From Eledone cirrhosa (lineage: Eukaryota), in NCBI GenBank assembly GCA_964016885.1, contig OZ024747.1, positions 12,276,001 through 12,340,000 on the forward strand: a DNA stretch of 64,000 nucleotides. Reading direction: 5' to 3'. Numbering within the stretch: the stretch's first letter is position 1; the number at the start of each line of letters is the position of its first letter. Position numbers and translations under genes: made by a program. Positions 26,251 to 40,429 of this stretch are shown one piece after another. Below the pieces are notes generated by a model. The model saw only the letters and a list, made by a program, of their open reading frames with translations. It ran no database searches and was not told the DNA's origin.

Positions 26251-27553
26251 AATAGACCTCAAGTTGTAACAAAACCCAGATCCTTTTGGGGGTCTATTAT
26301 ATAAGACCAACAGTCCTATTATTATTCATACAGATATAGAAAGCAACTTCAATACTTTTAATACCAAATAGCCTGAAACCAAGCCAGGTGTTGCAATACT
26401 GGGCTGTTTATTTTAAAGTTTATGCATATATTTATAAACCTTCCATCAAAATGCTTCATTTCATGTTGCTTCTTTTTCATGAAAGGATTGGTGCCTTTAT
26501 TAAAACATATGAGAAACCTCCATGTGATGCAACCTTGCAGGAGGCCAGCTTAACCTAAATATATATTTCTAGTTAACTTTTTAATGTTAACATTTAATAT
26601 GCTAATACTAACAAGTCAGAATAGACTTCTTTTAGCAAGCTAGTTTCAAACATCTAGAGCTACCATAAACAGCTCAAGATAAATATGATTCATAAAACAT
26701 TTAAAATATACATTTGTTTATCTACAATATAGGAGGAGTGTGGAGAATATTAATGTACACACACACACACACACACATTAAGCACTGTAATGTGTTGGTT
26801 ATAAAAACATATTTCAGTAATAGTTATAGCTATAAAGAAACATCACCAAATGACTCATTTCTGAAACAAGAAAAGTTCCGACAGAAAATAGATCTAAGAC
26901 TTTGCCAGTCATAAAAAATATTTTATGAACAACAATTAGCCAGATGTGTGTGTGCATCAATAAGATGCTTCTGTATGTGCATGTCTGTATATGTATGTGT
27001 ATATATATATATATAATATATATATAATATATATATATAATATATATATATAAGTATGTGTGCATGTCTGCATATGTGTGTGTGTGTGTATATATATATA
27101 TCTGTGTTTCAATTTGGTTTTATTCTCCTTTTTTTTTTTATTTCAACCCTATTGCTTTTCTTCTTTTACTCTACTACGATAAAGAGAGTAACCTAAAACG
27201 TCAGATCCTTTCTTTTTATTTTCATTCAGCATATTTTCATTGAACACATTTTTTACAGTTTTATACATATCTTGTTGAACTGTCCATCCCTTCTTAAACC
27301 TTATTTCCCTTTCTATTTATGTTGTCTTTTTAACCATATATATATATTACACACACGTATAACTGAGTGTATCCATTTTAGAATAGGTACACCATGTTCC
27401 TGTGTGTCGTAAGAAGCAACTAAAGATGGTGTCAAAAAGAGTATTCAGCCTTAAAAAGTCCCATTCAACCCATGTCAGCATAGAAAGGTCAATGTAAAAA
27501 TGATGATATATACATATTTTTTTCAGTTAGCTAGGAAAATCTCCATTAAATGG

Positions 27554-27595
<42 letters not shown>

Positions 27596-28106
27596 CAACT
27601 GAGCCAACAGAAGGACCAGCTATTAAAATTGACAGATATAGGGTAAAAAAAGAAATCAGGAGATGGAAAATGAAAAAGTCGAGAGTCCATCTGAGGTACT
27701 CACTAAAATGCTGAAATCATTTATGAAACAAATTCAGCCATTTTAAAGAGCTCAATTTAAATCTTCCAAAATAATTTAATATAAACCTCTTGTTAAATTA
27801 TGTTTATAAATACCATCTTAATAATGAAAATTTGTGTGAATCCCTCGGAATTCATTACCAACTCGGCCCAAACCTGGTTTAGGTCCTATAAAACAAACCC
27901 ACTCATTTTAAATCATTAGAAATCCAGTCACAAGCAGGTTAAACCCAGTCAAGTGTACAGCCATATGGTTAACAGTAAGCTCAAAATAGAACAGGTAGGT
28001 CAAGGTTTACTATATAACAAGAAAAACAAATCAGAACAACCAGTTTTAGCTTTGTGTTTTCACATACAATACTAGAAACTGGATCAAATTTCAAGACAGC
28101 AGTATT

Positions 28107-28237
28107 GGAAGTTTAAAACACAGTCCAAAATTGTTTGTGTAGGAAGTTTAAAACACAGTCCAAAATTGTTTGTCTAGGAAGTTTAAAACACAGTCCAAAA
28201 TTGTTTGTCTAGGAAGTTTAAAACATAGTCCAAAATT
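28107..28237. repeat. 35-bp tandem repeat, about 4 copies
   Basis: AGGAAGTTTAAAACACAGTCCAAAATTGTTTGTCT. Confidence 0.95.
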
Positions 28238-30574
28238 ATAACATGATTCCAGTGGTACCACCATACAGGATGCTTTTATCATGGCATCAGCACTACAACT
28301 TTACAGGATGGACTGAGAATATTTTATCATAACACCAGCACTACACACAGAGATAGATGGTTTTCTCAGCTGTGTGTCAGATGATTAAGAACTGGGGTGA
28401 GTGACAACACACCAAGACCAATCCTACCCTTGTTGGTATACAAAAACTGGACATAAAGTAATGATATACATTTTTCTCCAAGTGAAAACAGAACAGACAA
28501 TGATATAATCAGTAAGGAATGCTGCTGTACTCTTCTGTTATAGCTGCAATAAATGTTTATTTAATCCTTGCTTCAAGAACTATAAATATGTATAAGGAAT
28601 ATGTCACCTTAAGATGATGATATGAGAGAAAATACTGACAGATTATTTTTAGCATTAGCACTGCTGTGTTACCATGTCTTCCCAGGTCTTTAGATTATTA
28701 CCTAGATGATGATCATCGTCATCATCATCATTATGAAGATGATGCTAATTTAATTTTCATGGCAATAACATCTGTTCATCTCCCTCCATGCCATCTTTTA
28801 ACCATAATCATTACCATATCTCTAATGAAAGATACTGCCCATAATTCTCAATTTTGAAAATAACCAAACATTTAGAGAGATTTAGTAATATAACTAACTT
28901 TCTCGTTATTAAGCTCATGTTTTGAACAAAGAAGATCTTACATAGAATTATGATGGAAGGATATTTATTTAGATTATTTTATATAAGAATGTATGTTATG
29001 ATGAATGTATGTTATACACCAGCTTAATAACGAGAAAGTTAGTCATATTACTAAATCTCTTGGATACTGCTTTCAAAATGATTAGAAAATATACAGATGA
29101 TGAACAATGAATACTAGAAGCTAGGAGTAATCATCATCATCATCATTATTGTTTAAACTATTTTTCAAGCTAGCATGGTTTAGACTGGTTGTCCCATGGC
29201 TGGATGCCCTTCCTAATGCCAATCACATTTACAGTGTACAATTCCTGGACTTAGTGGCATGTTATATTCTTCTTGAGAGTAAAACACTTCCTTTCAAATA
29301 TCTTCTCCTGAGAGGGCTAGGTGTCCTATCTCCAAAACACAGACTTCTTATGATATACAACCTCATAGGAGGTCAGCTAAACTCACATAGGTAAGAGCAG
29401 TAAATTTCATTATTTTTATCTTATTTTCTACACTCACAACACAGATATTTTATACCTGGACCTTTCTACTACACAGAAGAAACTGTTCTATCAAACTAGA
29501 TTTATTTATAATTACAGATAACCTATCCTTTAAACATTTAGTGCTTACTTTCTATATATTTCAGTAAGATTAATGTTATTTACCTTGCTTTCAAAATAAC
29601 AATCCACCAACCTGCCGGTATTTGACCTTATGGCCTCTAGGGTTTTCTACCTTAATCACTTCCTACCCACTCCCTTAATGTTAATTAAATTTATTGTATA
29701 GTAGGTGTAAGATGGGGGTGGTAGTGATGGTGTTTGTTTGTAGGTTCCCCTCTTCAACCTATTTACTGAAATGAAATTTTCAAGACATTGTTTGGGAAAG
29801 TAGAGACATCTTTTGAATGTGATGTTATCTATGGTATGCATACACACACACAGAGAGAGCGAGCGAGAGAGAGAGAGTGCGTGTGCGTGTGCGGTGTGTG
29901 TGTGTGGTGTGTGGTGTGTGGTGTGTGTGGTGTGTGTGTGCACCATCATCAGCATTGTTTTAACACTTTATATAAGGGGTGTGTGTGTGTGTGTGTGTAT
30001 GCATGTATATATGTATATTTATATACATATGTGTGTATGTGTTTAGAAATAGACCACTGAGGTTAACTTCCCAGAGAGAAAAACAATGGGATGCCCTCGG
30101 AGTGTCAAAACTACTATCTCCATTGATGGCCCTGGGAGTGTCAAAACTATCTCTAGTGATAGCCCTGGGGGTTAATATAATCTAAAGGGAGGAAGGAAGA
30201 GTAGAAGAAGAAAAGACTTGTCAGGATGTTAATACTATTAGAAACTATGTATTTCTGGTATGTGGGGGAAGAAATTAAACCTTGAAACACCACAACCCAC
30301 ATACCTAACAGATAAATGACAATAATTAGAACAGGTGAGAGCAGCATGTGGATTTATTTCAAAATAATTTCAATATAAATCAATGGGTGTGTTCAAAATA
30401 GACATAATAGAAAAGGGTGAAGGGCCAGCCAACATTTTTGTTATTGCTCCCCACCCCCAGGTCATAAATCTTAGGATAAACAACATATCTCTGCCCCCAC
30501 CATTCTTGCTATAGGTGTGAACAATAAAGACATGTTGTTTAAGTTTCCATGTCAGACATTTTGATTTTGAAAGC

Positions 30575-30786
30575 ATGCAGGCTTAGTAGTTAGAGTGTTC
30601 TCTGTCAGAAGGTTGTGGGTTTGAGTCCTGGACTGGGTGGTGCATTGTATTACTCTTGAGCAAGACCCTTCATTTTATATTGTTTTTTTGTGATAGGACT
30701 GGGGGCTCCTATTATTAAAACAACCAAGAAACCTCCTGTGAGATGATACCTCATAGGGGGCAGCTAAACCTGCATAGATGTGAACT
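30575..30786 (+). mobile_element. Family B-related SINE
   Basis: ggcttagtagttagagtgtt...cttgagcaagaccctt...gataggactgggg. Similar copies at 24420-24660(-), 32260-32445(-), 33195-33375(+) and 42615-42785(+). Confidence 0.75.
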
Positions 30787-30967
30787 AGATTCTTTGGTTG
30801 TAGGATAGTCCTAAAGTCCAGTCTCAAAGGTGGGACTCAACATATAGGGGATCAGAATACTGCAAGGGATTTTGTCCTATGTGCTAACAACTCTGCCAAT
30901 ATAAACCTATAAAACAAGTGTAATCCCATGGTTAGCCTCCACCCCATCAGTTGTAGATGATGAGCAC

Positions 30968-31267
30968 CACTGGAAAGTACAGTAGAATACCGCTGGGAAG
31001 TACAGTAGAATACCGCTGGGAAGTACAGTAGAATACCGCTGGGAAGTACAGTAGAATACCGCTGGTAAGTACAGTAGAATACCGCTGGTAAGTACAGTAG
31101 AATACCGCTGGTAAGTACAGTAGAATACCGCTGGGAAGTACAGTAGAATAGCGCTGGGAAGTACAGTAGAATACCGCTGGGAAGTACAGTAGAATACCGC
31201 TGGGAAGTACAGTAGAATACCGCTGGGAAGTACAGTAGAATACCGCTGGGAAGTACAGTAGAATACC
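30968..31267. repeat. 23-bp minisatellite (CTGGGAAGTACAGTAGAATACCG), about 13 copies
   Basis: Head-to-tail, no spacers. Confidence 0.97.
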
Positions 31268-31543
31268 ATTAGAGTACCATTGATAAATATACTGGAGCGA
31301 TTTACTATTGTCTCAGTACTGTGAAGGGACAAAACTGTTTTTTTTTTATTTGTAGAGATGATTCTTCTATCAGACAAGTTGAACCTGTTTACAGCTAAGT
31401 GGACTGAGCTATTTAAACATTAAGTAGCTGAGTCACTCTCATAAATCAGTGTCATCGTAAATCAGTGTCATTGATCATACAAACACCTGACCTCTTGACA
31501 CCTTTATCCACTTTAACACTTACACTATTTTCACACATACCTG

Positions 31544-31701
31544 TGAGTGAGTGAGTGAGTGAGTGAGTGAGTGAGTGAGTGAGTGAGTGAGTGAGTGAGT
31601 GAGTGAGTGAGTGAGTGAGTGAGTGAGTGAGTGAGTGAGTGAGTGAGTGAGTGAGTGAGTGAGTGAGTGAGTGAGTGAGTGTGAGTGAGTGAGTGAGTGA
31701 G
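31544..31701. repeat. (GAGT)n microsatellite
   Basis: Direct inspection. Confidence 0.98.
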
Positions 31702-31799
31702 ATTGTTTATTTTTTTAACAATTGTCTTTCTAGACCCTAGCTGTGAAATAGAACTGCGAACTATATTTGATTTTGTTGAGATTTAGATCTTTACGCACT

Positions 31800-32066
31800 G
31801 CTGTTGGACCCCCATCTATTTCAACATGTTCCAGTGGCTGAGCATTCCACAGACACTTGCCTCCTTAACGTAATTCTCAGGGAGATTCAGCATGACAATA
31901 TGTGACAAGGCTGGCCTTTCGAATTACAAACAACTCATTTTTGCTAGTTGAATGAACTAAAGCAATGTGAAATAAAGTCTTGTTCAAGGACACAATGCAC
32001 TACCAGGGATCGAACTTATGACCATATGATTGTGAGCCAAACACCAGAACCATTAATCCAAGCACC
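31800..32066 (-). mobile_element. CORE-like SINE variant with a different 3' body
   Basis: tRNA-like head, then ccttgaacaagactttatttcacattgc and ctgaatctccctgagaattacg. Related copies at 42200-42545(-) and 49475-49680(+). Confidence 0.75.
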
Positions 32067-32784
32067 TTTGCTCTCACCGGTACAACATGACATTACTAAA
32101 ATCTGAACCCAATAGTCCACCACTTTAACCTCAGTTAGTGTGCCCCACAATAAAAAAGATGAGAGACCAGAACAAAAGGAGACAAAGTTAAAAAATACAT
32201 TGAACACACACAAACACACACAGGGATGATGATGATGATGATGATGTTACAGTATACACCTACACATGTTTAGCTGGTTGCATCTCGTATGAGGTTTCTT
32301 AGATGTTTCAATTTTAGGAGCTTCAGTCTTATGAAAAGCCAAGTGAAATGAAGCTCAAGAACATACTGCACTGTCCAGTCCAGTCCAGGAATCAAACCCA
32401 TGACCTAATGATTGTGAGTCTAATACCCTAACCACTAGGCCACGTGGAATAAAAAATAATCCCGAAAGCCCAAAAGTAAACTAATCTATGAAACCATTTA
32501 TATTAGATCTTGTTGTAAGGGATATTTTAGAGATTAATTAGATTGTAATTACAGATATCTGATCCGAGTATCAAACACAGCAGGGCCTACTAACTTATGG
32601 GGACTAATTTGATATGTAAACAGCATCCTGGGTTTAGGCTTGTTGATCTAAGACATAAGAGAAAATACTATTAGATTTTGTCAATAGGACTAATTAGAAT
32701 ATACACACACACACAGTGTGTGTGTGTGTGCGAGTGAGGGTGTGTGTGTGTGCGAGTGAGGGTGTGTGTTTGTGTATGTATGTG

Positions 32785-32860
<76 letters not shown>

Positions 32861-33504
32861 TTCCCATAGTCTGAATATGATGAGTGGGGGGAGAGACTTC
32901 CATCAACAGAGACCATCCTCATAATTTTAAGACCAAAACTCCCTTCAGGGTAGCTCAGTTGATGAGAAACAAACAAAAGAAAGAACTCCTATAGCTTGAG
33001 ATGGTCCAAATCTTTTGGAAAAGTTTATGACAATGCAGTAATTGAGAGTAGACATTTTTAGCAGGTCTCTGGTCTAACAATAACTGCCTTCCCACCAGTA
33101 ACAAGGGCCCTGAAAAGGTTCAGGATGTATAAAAAGAAAATAAAGATTATGAATGAAAAACCTTTGATCAAATCAAGGCTAGTGAAATTCTGAGGCTTGG
33201 TGGTTAGGATTTGATTCCTGTATCAGGTAGTGTGTTATGTTTTTGAGTAAGACACTTTATTTCACATTGCTTTTCATAGTAGGACTAGTACCCTTAAAAA
33301 TTAAAGCACCCAAGAAACTTCCAATGAGATATATACAATCTAGGCTAGCTAAACCTTCGTAAGTGTGAGCTGTAAATTTCATTTTTCATTTAATCTCAAC
33401 TCAAATCAAAAATTAAGTGTGGCTCACAAAGGAATAACTGCTGCTACATATACAGACCATCCTAACTCTCACACAAAAAGAGTCACCCAACAATTTTTGT
33501 TTTT

Positions 33505-33987
33505 ATTATTTAACCCATGTTTACTGGTACTTTATTTTATCGACCCCATAAGGATGAAAGGCAAAGTTAACCTTGGCGGAATGGCAAGGGCCGTAACTCT
33601 TTGACGTATAGAGTTACGGCCCTTGCCATTCCGAGTTCAAATCCCGCCAAAGTTAACTTTGCCTTTCATCCTTACGGGGTCGATAAAATAAAGTACCAGT
33701 AATGCACTGGGTATTTGCTGGCCTTGTGCCTAACGTAGAAACAATTATTTAACCCATGAAATGGCGACGGATTGGCAGTATCGGTAGAGCGTCGGACACC
33801 ATGCTTTGAGGTATAGAGTTATGGCCCTTTATGATCTGAGTTCAAATCCCGCCGAGGTTAACTTTGCTTTCATCCTTACGGGATCGATAAAATAAGGTAC
33901 CAGTAATGTACTGTGTTGATTTAATCAACTTTCCCTTCTGCCCAAATTGTTGGCCTTGTGCCTATAGTAGAAATCATTAACCCATGA
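33505..33987. mobile_element. Composite SINE A locus: fold-back inverted copy, forward copy, second forward copy, with the target site present three times
   Basis: ATTATTTAACCCATG at 33505 and 33744; TTAACCCATGA at 33977. Inverted arm at 33521-33600. Confidence 0.85.
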
Positions 33988-35446
33988 GGATAGCACACCT
34001 GATCCTTTTCAGGGTCTGCCAGGAAAGTAGGTATTTCCAAACTGGAGACCTGATCCAGATGTGTCTGTGAAGTATGTTTCTTAAGCTCAATGGCCATTGG
34101 GAAAAGAGTATAATGTTTTATATAAATTCTTTCCTACTGCAAGGAGTGGTTAAAGCTTTTCTTCCTATTTAGTCATTAAGAAGCCTGTGGTTTGGCCACA
34201 TTCTATTTCCAAAGGGAGGGAGGGTGTGCAAAATATGCTTATTAAACATGTAACTGTTTACAAATACAATTGCAGCATTAATGACCCAACGCAATATATA
34301 TAATATATATATTGTTATACTTTGGGAAGGTGATGTTGCCAATATAGTATAACAATATCTGTATCACACGTTTTTAGATAAGAAATCTTGCAAAATAAAT
34401 TAAAAAATGAAGTGCATATATATCATCATCATCATCATCATCGTTTAATGTCTATCTTCCACGCTAGCATGAGTTAGACGGGAATTGTCCCACTTGAGGC
34501 AAAATTGATCAAGTGACCATGTGTCACTCGTACAGGACTGTATCTGGCAAGTTTTCTACAGCCGGATGCCCTTCATAACACCAAACACATTTACAGTGTG
34601 GACTATATATATATATAGATATATATATATATATATAGATATATATATATATATATATATCAGTGGAAGCTACTTATTGTGATCATCTTGGAGAGGAGCT
34701 TTTTAGGCAATAAGAATAACCAGCAGATAACATTAAACAGAGAATGTTACAATATTCTGAGCAAGTTTGGGACTCACTAATTTTTATAACAATAGATAGT
34801 TATTATTTAGCATTGTAGGTCACATCCACTACATTACATTACAATACAATAAGATGTGATGGAGCGGTGATAGGGGTATGATCTGGTATTCTACTCTATC
34901 TAGCTCGCTCCACTGAATTAGTTCTAGGGTCTCCTAGCATCACCAATCATTCTGACAAACCACCTGTAAAAATCATTTCAGAATGAAACAACAGAAGCAA
35001 GTATTTCTTGATAGAAGGAACCAGAGAGGAAACCTGGTGAATTTAGACACAATGAGAGATGAAAGGTGTGGGAAGGGGGAAGAGTCAGTTGAAAAGAGAA
35101 GAAAAAAAAAAAAAAACATCAGTACTGTTGTTTCCCCTTCCCTGCCACTCAATATGGAATGGGGGGGGGGGGGAAGAGTTAGTGGAGGGGAGGTAAAAAG
35201 AAAAAAAAAAAAAAAAAAAAATCGTTGCCATGTTAATGCAAATTAAAAAAAAACAACAACCCATTATTCCTATAATTATTATAGTTATTATTATAATTTT
35301 TATTGTTATTACGAATATTTTATTTCTGACAGAAGGAAACAATAAAATAATGTAACAATTCAAAATCGCAACGCCCCATTTCACACAAAACCCATTTGGA
35401 ATGGAAGGAGGAAAATTCCATCAATGTACCCATTATTATTATTACG

Positions 35447-36000
35447 ACGGTAGATTGGCAGAGGGTCGGACGCCATGCTTTGCAGCATAGAGTTACGGAC
35501 TTTTACGTTCTGAGTTCAAATCCCCCCGAGGTTAGCTTTACCTTTCATCCTTACCGGGTAAAATACCAGTAATGAATTCAAGATATAATTGTTTCTACTA
35601 TAGGCACAAGGCCAGCAAATACCCAGTGTATTACTGGTACTTTATTTTATCGACCCCGTAAGGATGAAAGGCAAAGTTAACCTCAGCGGGATTTGAACTG
35701 AGTCCGTAAAGGGACGTAACTGTACTGCAAAGCATGGCGTCCGACCCTCTACCGATACCGCCAATTCACCACCCTAAAGACATAATAATGTTGGAAGGAT
35801 GTGATAAGGGTTTCTGAATTAAGCACAAGTCCAACACTTTTGGGGAGAGAAAAGTCGATTAAATCGACCCCAGTACGTTACTGTTACTATATTTTATCGA
35901 CCCCGTAAGGATGAAAGGTAAGGCTAAATTCGGCAGGATTTGAACTCGCAACGTAAAAAGGACCGCAAAGCATGTTCAACGCTCTAGCGATTCTGCCAAT
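35447..36000. mobile_element. Three SINE A copies (+, -, -); the first two are tail-to-tail
   Basis: 35447-35572(+), 35585-35775(-), 35808-36000(-). Confidence 0.88.
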
Positions 36001-38434
36001 TGTTTTGTCAGTTGAGGCTATCTGAAGGAAAACTGTTTAATCTGCTGTCGCCACCAACCCTCCCCCTCTCTCTACACCATGTTGCTGTCACCAACCCTCC
36101 TTCTCTCTACACCACGTTCCTCAGCCTCTTTCTCTACACCATGCCCCCCCCCCCCCCTCTCACCTACACCATAATGCTATATGACATCCTCAATAACACT
36201 TCATTATTACTCCATTGTGGAATGTAGTCTGTGTGGTTTTATATATATTTTATTACCTCCTACTTCTCCTCCACCTTATCACCATGAAATTCCACCTTCA
36301 ACCACCGCCGCCACCACCACCACCACCATTCTTATACATACACACCCCCCTCCCACATACACACACTTCACATTTCCTTTAGTAACTCCTCTTCTCCCAC
36401 CCTCCTCATTTCAACACACCAAACAACCCTTCAACTATTATCTCCTCCTTCCCTCTCACTCATATGCCTCCCCTTCCACCTACACCAGCCTTCTCTCTCT
36501 CTCTCTCTCTCTCTCTTTGATGGTGTTTTCTATCGATCGTCATTGATTAAAAAAAATAGAACAAAGACAGCAAACAATCCATTAAAACACTTTTCGTCTG
36601 CGATTATATCGACCCAGTACGTTACTGGTACTTGAATTTATCGATTCCGAAAGGGTGAAAGGCAAAGTTGACCCGCCGCACTCTACATTCTAATATAGAA
36701 CATAATCAATCTATTTAATCGACTTTAGTATCTTACTGGTACTTATTTTATCGACCATTCCAAAAAAAATATATTAAATTATTAAAACTGATTTATCATG
36801 ATTCTTGTTATTTATTTATTTTTGTTTTTTCGTTACCGTATTTCTATAATTTTGAAAATAATAATTTAAAAGAATTTTGTAATATAACCTACTTTCTCAT
36901 TATTAAATTGGTATTTGAAACAAATTTTCTTACATGTAATTATTTTAAAAGGTTTTTAGATAAATATAAATTATTCAAAATAAACAGTTTTGTTTCATAG
37001 AACCAAATGCTATTTCAAATGGTTTGATATTAAACGGGTTAAACTTTAATAAAAATTAAAATGACATTAGAATAGCTCACACAAAAAGAAGTTCTTTCAT
37101 TCATACACAACAGACAAGAGACAAACATTTTTCGAATTGATAATTGAAAATGAGTCAGCTGGATTTTCCGCTTAGGTTGTTGGGAAGCAGCTGCTTCTAT
37201 GATGATCAGGCAGAGAGAATCTTTTAGAATAAGACTCCCCTCTCAGACCACACGATACCATCTTACTCCTCAAGTTAAGGATCAACTAACTATAGAGAAG
37301 TATGGAAGGTGGGAGGAGAGAGAGAGGGGACGTGGAAAGGGAAGGACTAGATTTCAAATGCCAGAAGACTAAAAGAGGAATATGATTAGTTTGTGTGAAA
37401 TACAAGTCGTTCCGATGCATCAGGTCATTTTTTGTCAGATTAATAATAATACTTCGAAAATTCCCACATTTGTTATTCATCATCCTTAGTTAAAATATTT
37501 ATTTAAAATTTTATATATACATTTTTTTTATCGGAAATAACTGAATGCCATCATTTAAATTTATTTGCCGAATGAGAAAGACTAGGTGTCATTTTTATCA
37601 TCAGAACGTGAAGATATGTCGGTATATCCTGGAACCCCCCCCCCCCTCCAAAAAAACGGTGATTCGGTCCGATTTTTTTTTGGGGGGGGGGGGGGTTACT
37701 TTAGTTTCACTTATTTATTTATTTTTCTCTCCACAAAACACATCATAAGTCAGTCAGTCATTCAAGTGAATTATTGAAGAAATATTAAATAACATGTCAC
37801 TAGAGGGTGATAAATACATGAACGAAATACGTCGGGAATTTTTAAGAGATGATGTCTATAAGTATACTCTTTCTCTTTCTCTCTCTCTTTCTCTCTCATA
37901 CTAACAATATATTGTTAAACCAGATATCCTGAACTGAACAAGTGTCACTGATTAAGTGTAAGATTTTTGAAGAACACCGATTGGTGTATATACGCGTGCG
38001 TGTATATACGCGTGTGTGTATATATGTGTGTGTGTATGCGTGTGCATACATGCGTGTGTGCATGCGTGTGCATACGTGTGTATACATGTGTGTGTGTGTT
38101 TGTGATACACAATACAGGAAACACAATACGTGGCTAAGCTCTGGAAAAATCAAGGATTACCATATTTTTATGGCTCCCATTAGCAATTTATTAGTTATCG
38201 TGCGAATGGAAGGGGCCTTCGTCAGTTCTAATCAATGGAGCAGCCCACTTATGAAATTTACGTCTAAGTGACTGAACATTCTACAGACTGAGGTTAATAA
38301 TCTTTACATAACGACACTGCTCAAACGAAACTTTTCGTTAATAAAATTAGCTAAATAGTCTGTCCAGAGACTCCCTCATCCCCAAAATATGTAAAAATTA
38401 GAATTATTTTCTTTTAAATACTCAAAGAACCCCT

Positions 38435-38664
38435 TTAAAAATATTCTAATAATTCTTTCTACTTTTGGCCCAAGACCAGCAATTAACCCAGTGCATTACT
38501 GGTACTTTATTTTAACGACCACGTAAGGATGACAGGCAAAGCTAACCTCGGCGGGATTTGAACTCAGATCGTAAAGGGCCGTAACTATGCTTCAAAGCAT
38601 GGCGTCCGACCCTCTACCGATACTGCCAATCCACCGCCAACCACCTTAAAAATATTCTAATAAT
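38435..38664 (-). mobile_element. SINE family A with 19-bp target-site duplication
   Basis: TTAAAAATATTCTAATAAT at 38435-38453 and 38646-38664. Confidence 0.93.
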
Positions 38665-39727
38665 GATTATTTATTCTGTAATTACATCATGGGGATCATT
38701 TTAACCATTTAAAAAACATTCTGATTCTAAACCACCCATGCTGCTATAATACAAATTGTGTTTTAACGCCCATGCTTTTAAAATACAAATTGTTTTAAAG
38801 TATTTATGTTTAAAAACCTTCCATCATCATTTTATGTAAGAATCTTGTTATGTTCCAAACATGAGAAATTTAGTTATATTAATAAATCTCCCTACCTACA
38901 GTCCACAATTCAGAATTCTTTGTAAATCCTAGACAGTGTCTTTCATTAGAAATATGGAAACGAAAGGATTAAATTCACTCTACATCTATCATTTTCATTG
39001 CTGATATAAGAATTATATTTTCAAAAGATAAATACGAGAAAGAAAGATAAAAACATTAAGTAATGAGAAAATGGGGAAGAGGTAAGGAAAGGCAGATCTG
39101 GCTTCATGATAAATAGAGGAAAGGTCTATGAAAGCCATAAATGAAATGAAAGGGAAAACATGAACTCTAGGGCTACAGAAGAAAGGTAGGGAGAAAGTTG
39201 GAGGGTGATGGGCTCTGGGCCTAGGGTGAGGCTGTGTTGGGGCTGCGTTACTTGCTTAAACAAGTACAACAGACTCCGAAATTATTTTATTGGTTTCAAA
39301 TAGGATGAAAGTATTTGAAAAAAATTAGTTTGAAAATATTCAATCTATAACATTTGAAGGTTATTCATGATGAATATATTCTTTTCTAAATCACTTTATT
39401 GAAATAAAATCTTGCTCTAATAACTCAGTGACCTTTCGCCGATGTATCGAGAGTGGGAAGGTCAGGATCAGTTTGTATATCTAGTACCGTTTAACTAGGT
39501 CATGGCATGATAGACTGAAGAAGAAGGCAAAGAAGAAAGGGAAAAAAAGAAGCCTACCACACCCACCATCTAAATGGTCAGGCACTACCATAGACCGAGG
39601 ATGAGGAGGAGAAGAAACGTGTCTTGGCGTTTATGACAGTGCCTTGACAAACAATATCTACAAAATAACCATTATTTTTCAACTGGTGAGGATGAGCAGT
39701 GATTGGCAGGCAGGCATTTATTACTAA

Positions 39728-39918
39728 GGGTGGTGGATTGGCAGTATCGGTAGAGGGTCGGACGTCATGCTTTCTAGCATAGTTACGTCCCTTTACGATC
39801 TGAGTTCAAATCCCGCCGAGGTTAACTTTACCTTTCATCCTTACGGGGTCGATAAAATAAAGTACCAGTAATGAACTGGGTAATTGCTGGCCTTGTGCCT
39901 AAAGTAGAAACAATTACT
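39728..39918 (+). mobile_element. SINE family A, young-looking full-length copy
   Basis: Near-identical to the copies at 24877-25065 and 46986-47175. Confidence 0.93.
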
Positions 39919-40292
39919 ATTGCTTGTGAAGGTATAACCAGACAATTATCAATGACTAACTGACATTAAGAGTCCTTAGCCTTTCCACTAAGATCGGGCT
40001 GTGATTGATAATTTCCGGTTATAAGTTTTACTCAGAAACATATTGACGTGTTTAACAGCCAACTTAATCTAGAAGAGTGTTGCACCTAAGAAGGAATATA
40101 TGAATTTACAAGGAGGGCGTGGGTTGTAAGGTTGTAATGGATATATAAAAATATATAAAAAGGAGATACATAAGACCAGATAGAAAGGGGCTAGTTTGGG
40201 GGAGAAAATAAATATACACGAGTTGTCTTATATAAAGTCAATATAGACGGTAAGAAATATATATATATATATATAATTACAAAGTGACATAA

Positions 40293-40342
40293 ACAGGTAC
40301 TCAAGTTTCGTTGGGTCCTGGACCCCAATTCATTTAGCCTGT
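40293..40342 (-). ncRNA. Degenerate minimal type I hammerhead ribozyme (Penelope-like/retrozyme remnant)
   Basis: Minus strand ACAGG-CTAAATGA-ATTGGGGTC.CAG.GACCCAA-CGAA-AC.TTGA.GT-A-CCTGT. Stems I-III, GAAA and the GUA site are present; the core deviates from CUGAUGA. Confidence 0.6.
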
Positions 40343-40393
40343 CATAGACTGAGTGTTCTTACTCCTGGATATTTCCACTTAACTTTTACTTCA

Positions 40394-40429
<36 letters not shown>

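Noticed and set aside
30968-31267. 23-bp repeat array and its 156-aa ORF
   Set aside because: Contiguous tandem units without spacers; the ORF is a repeat artefact.
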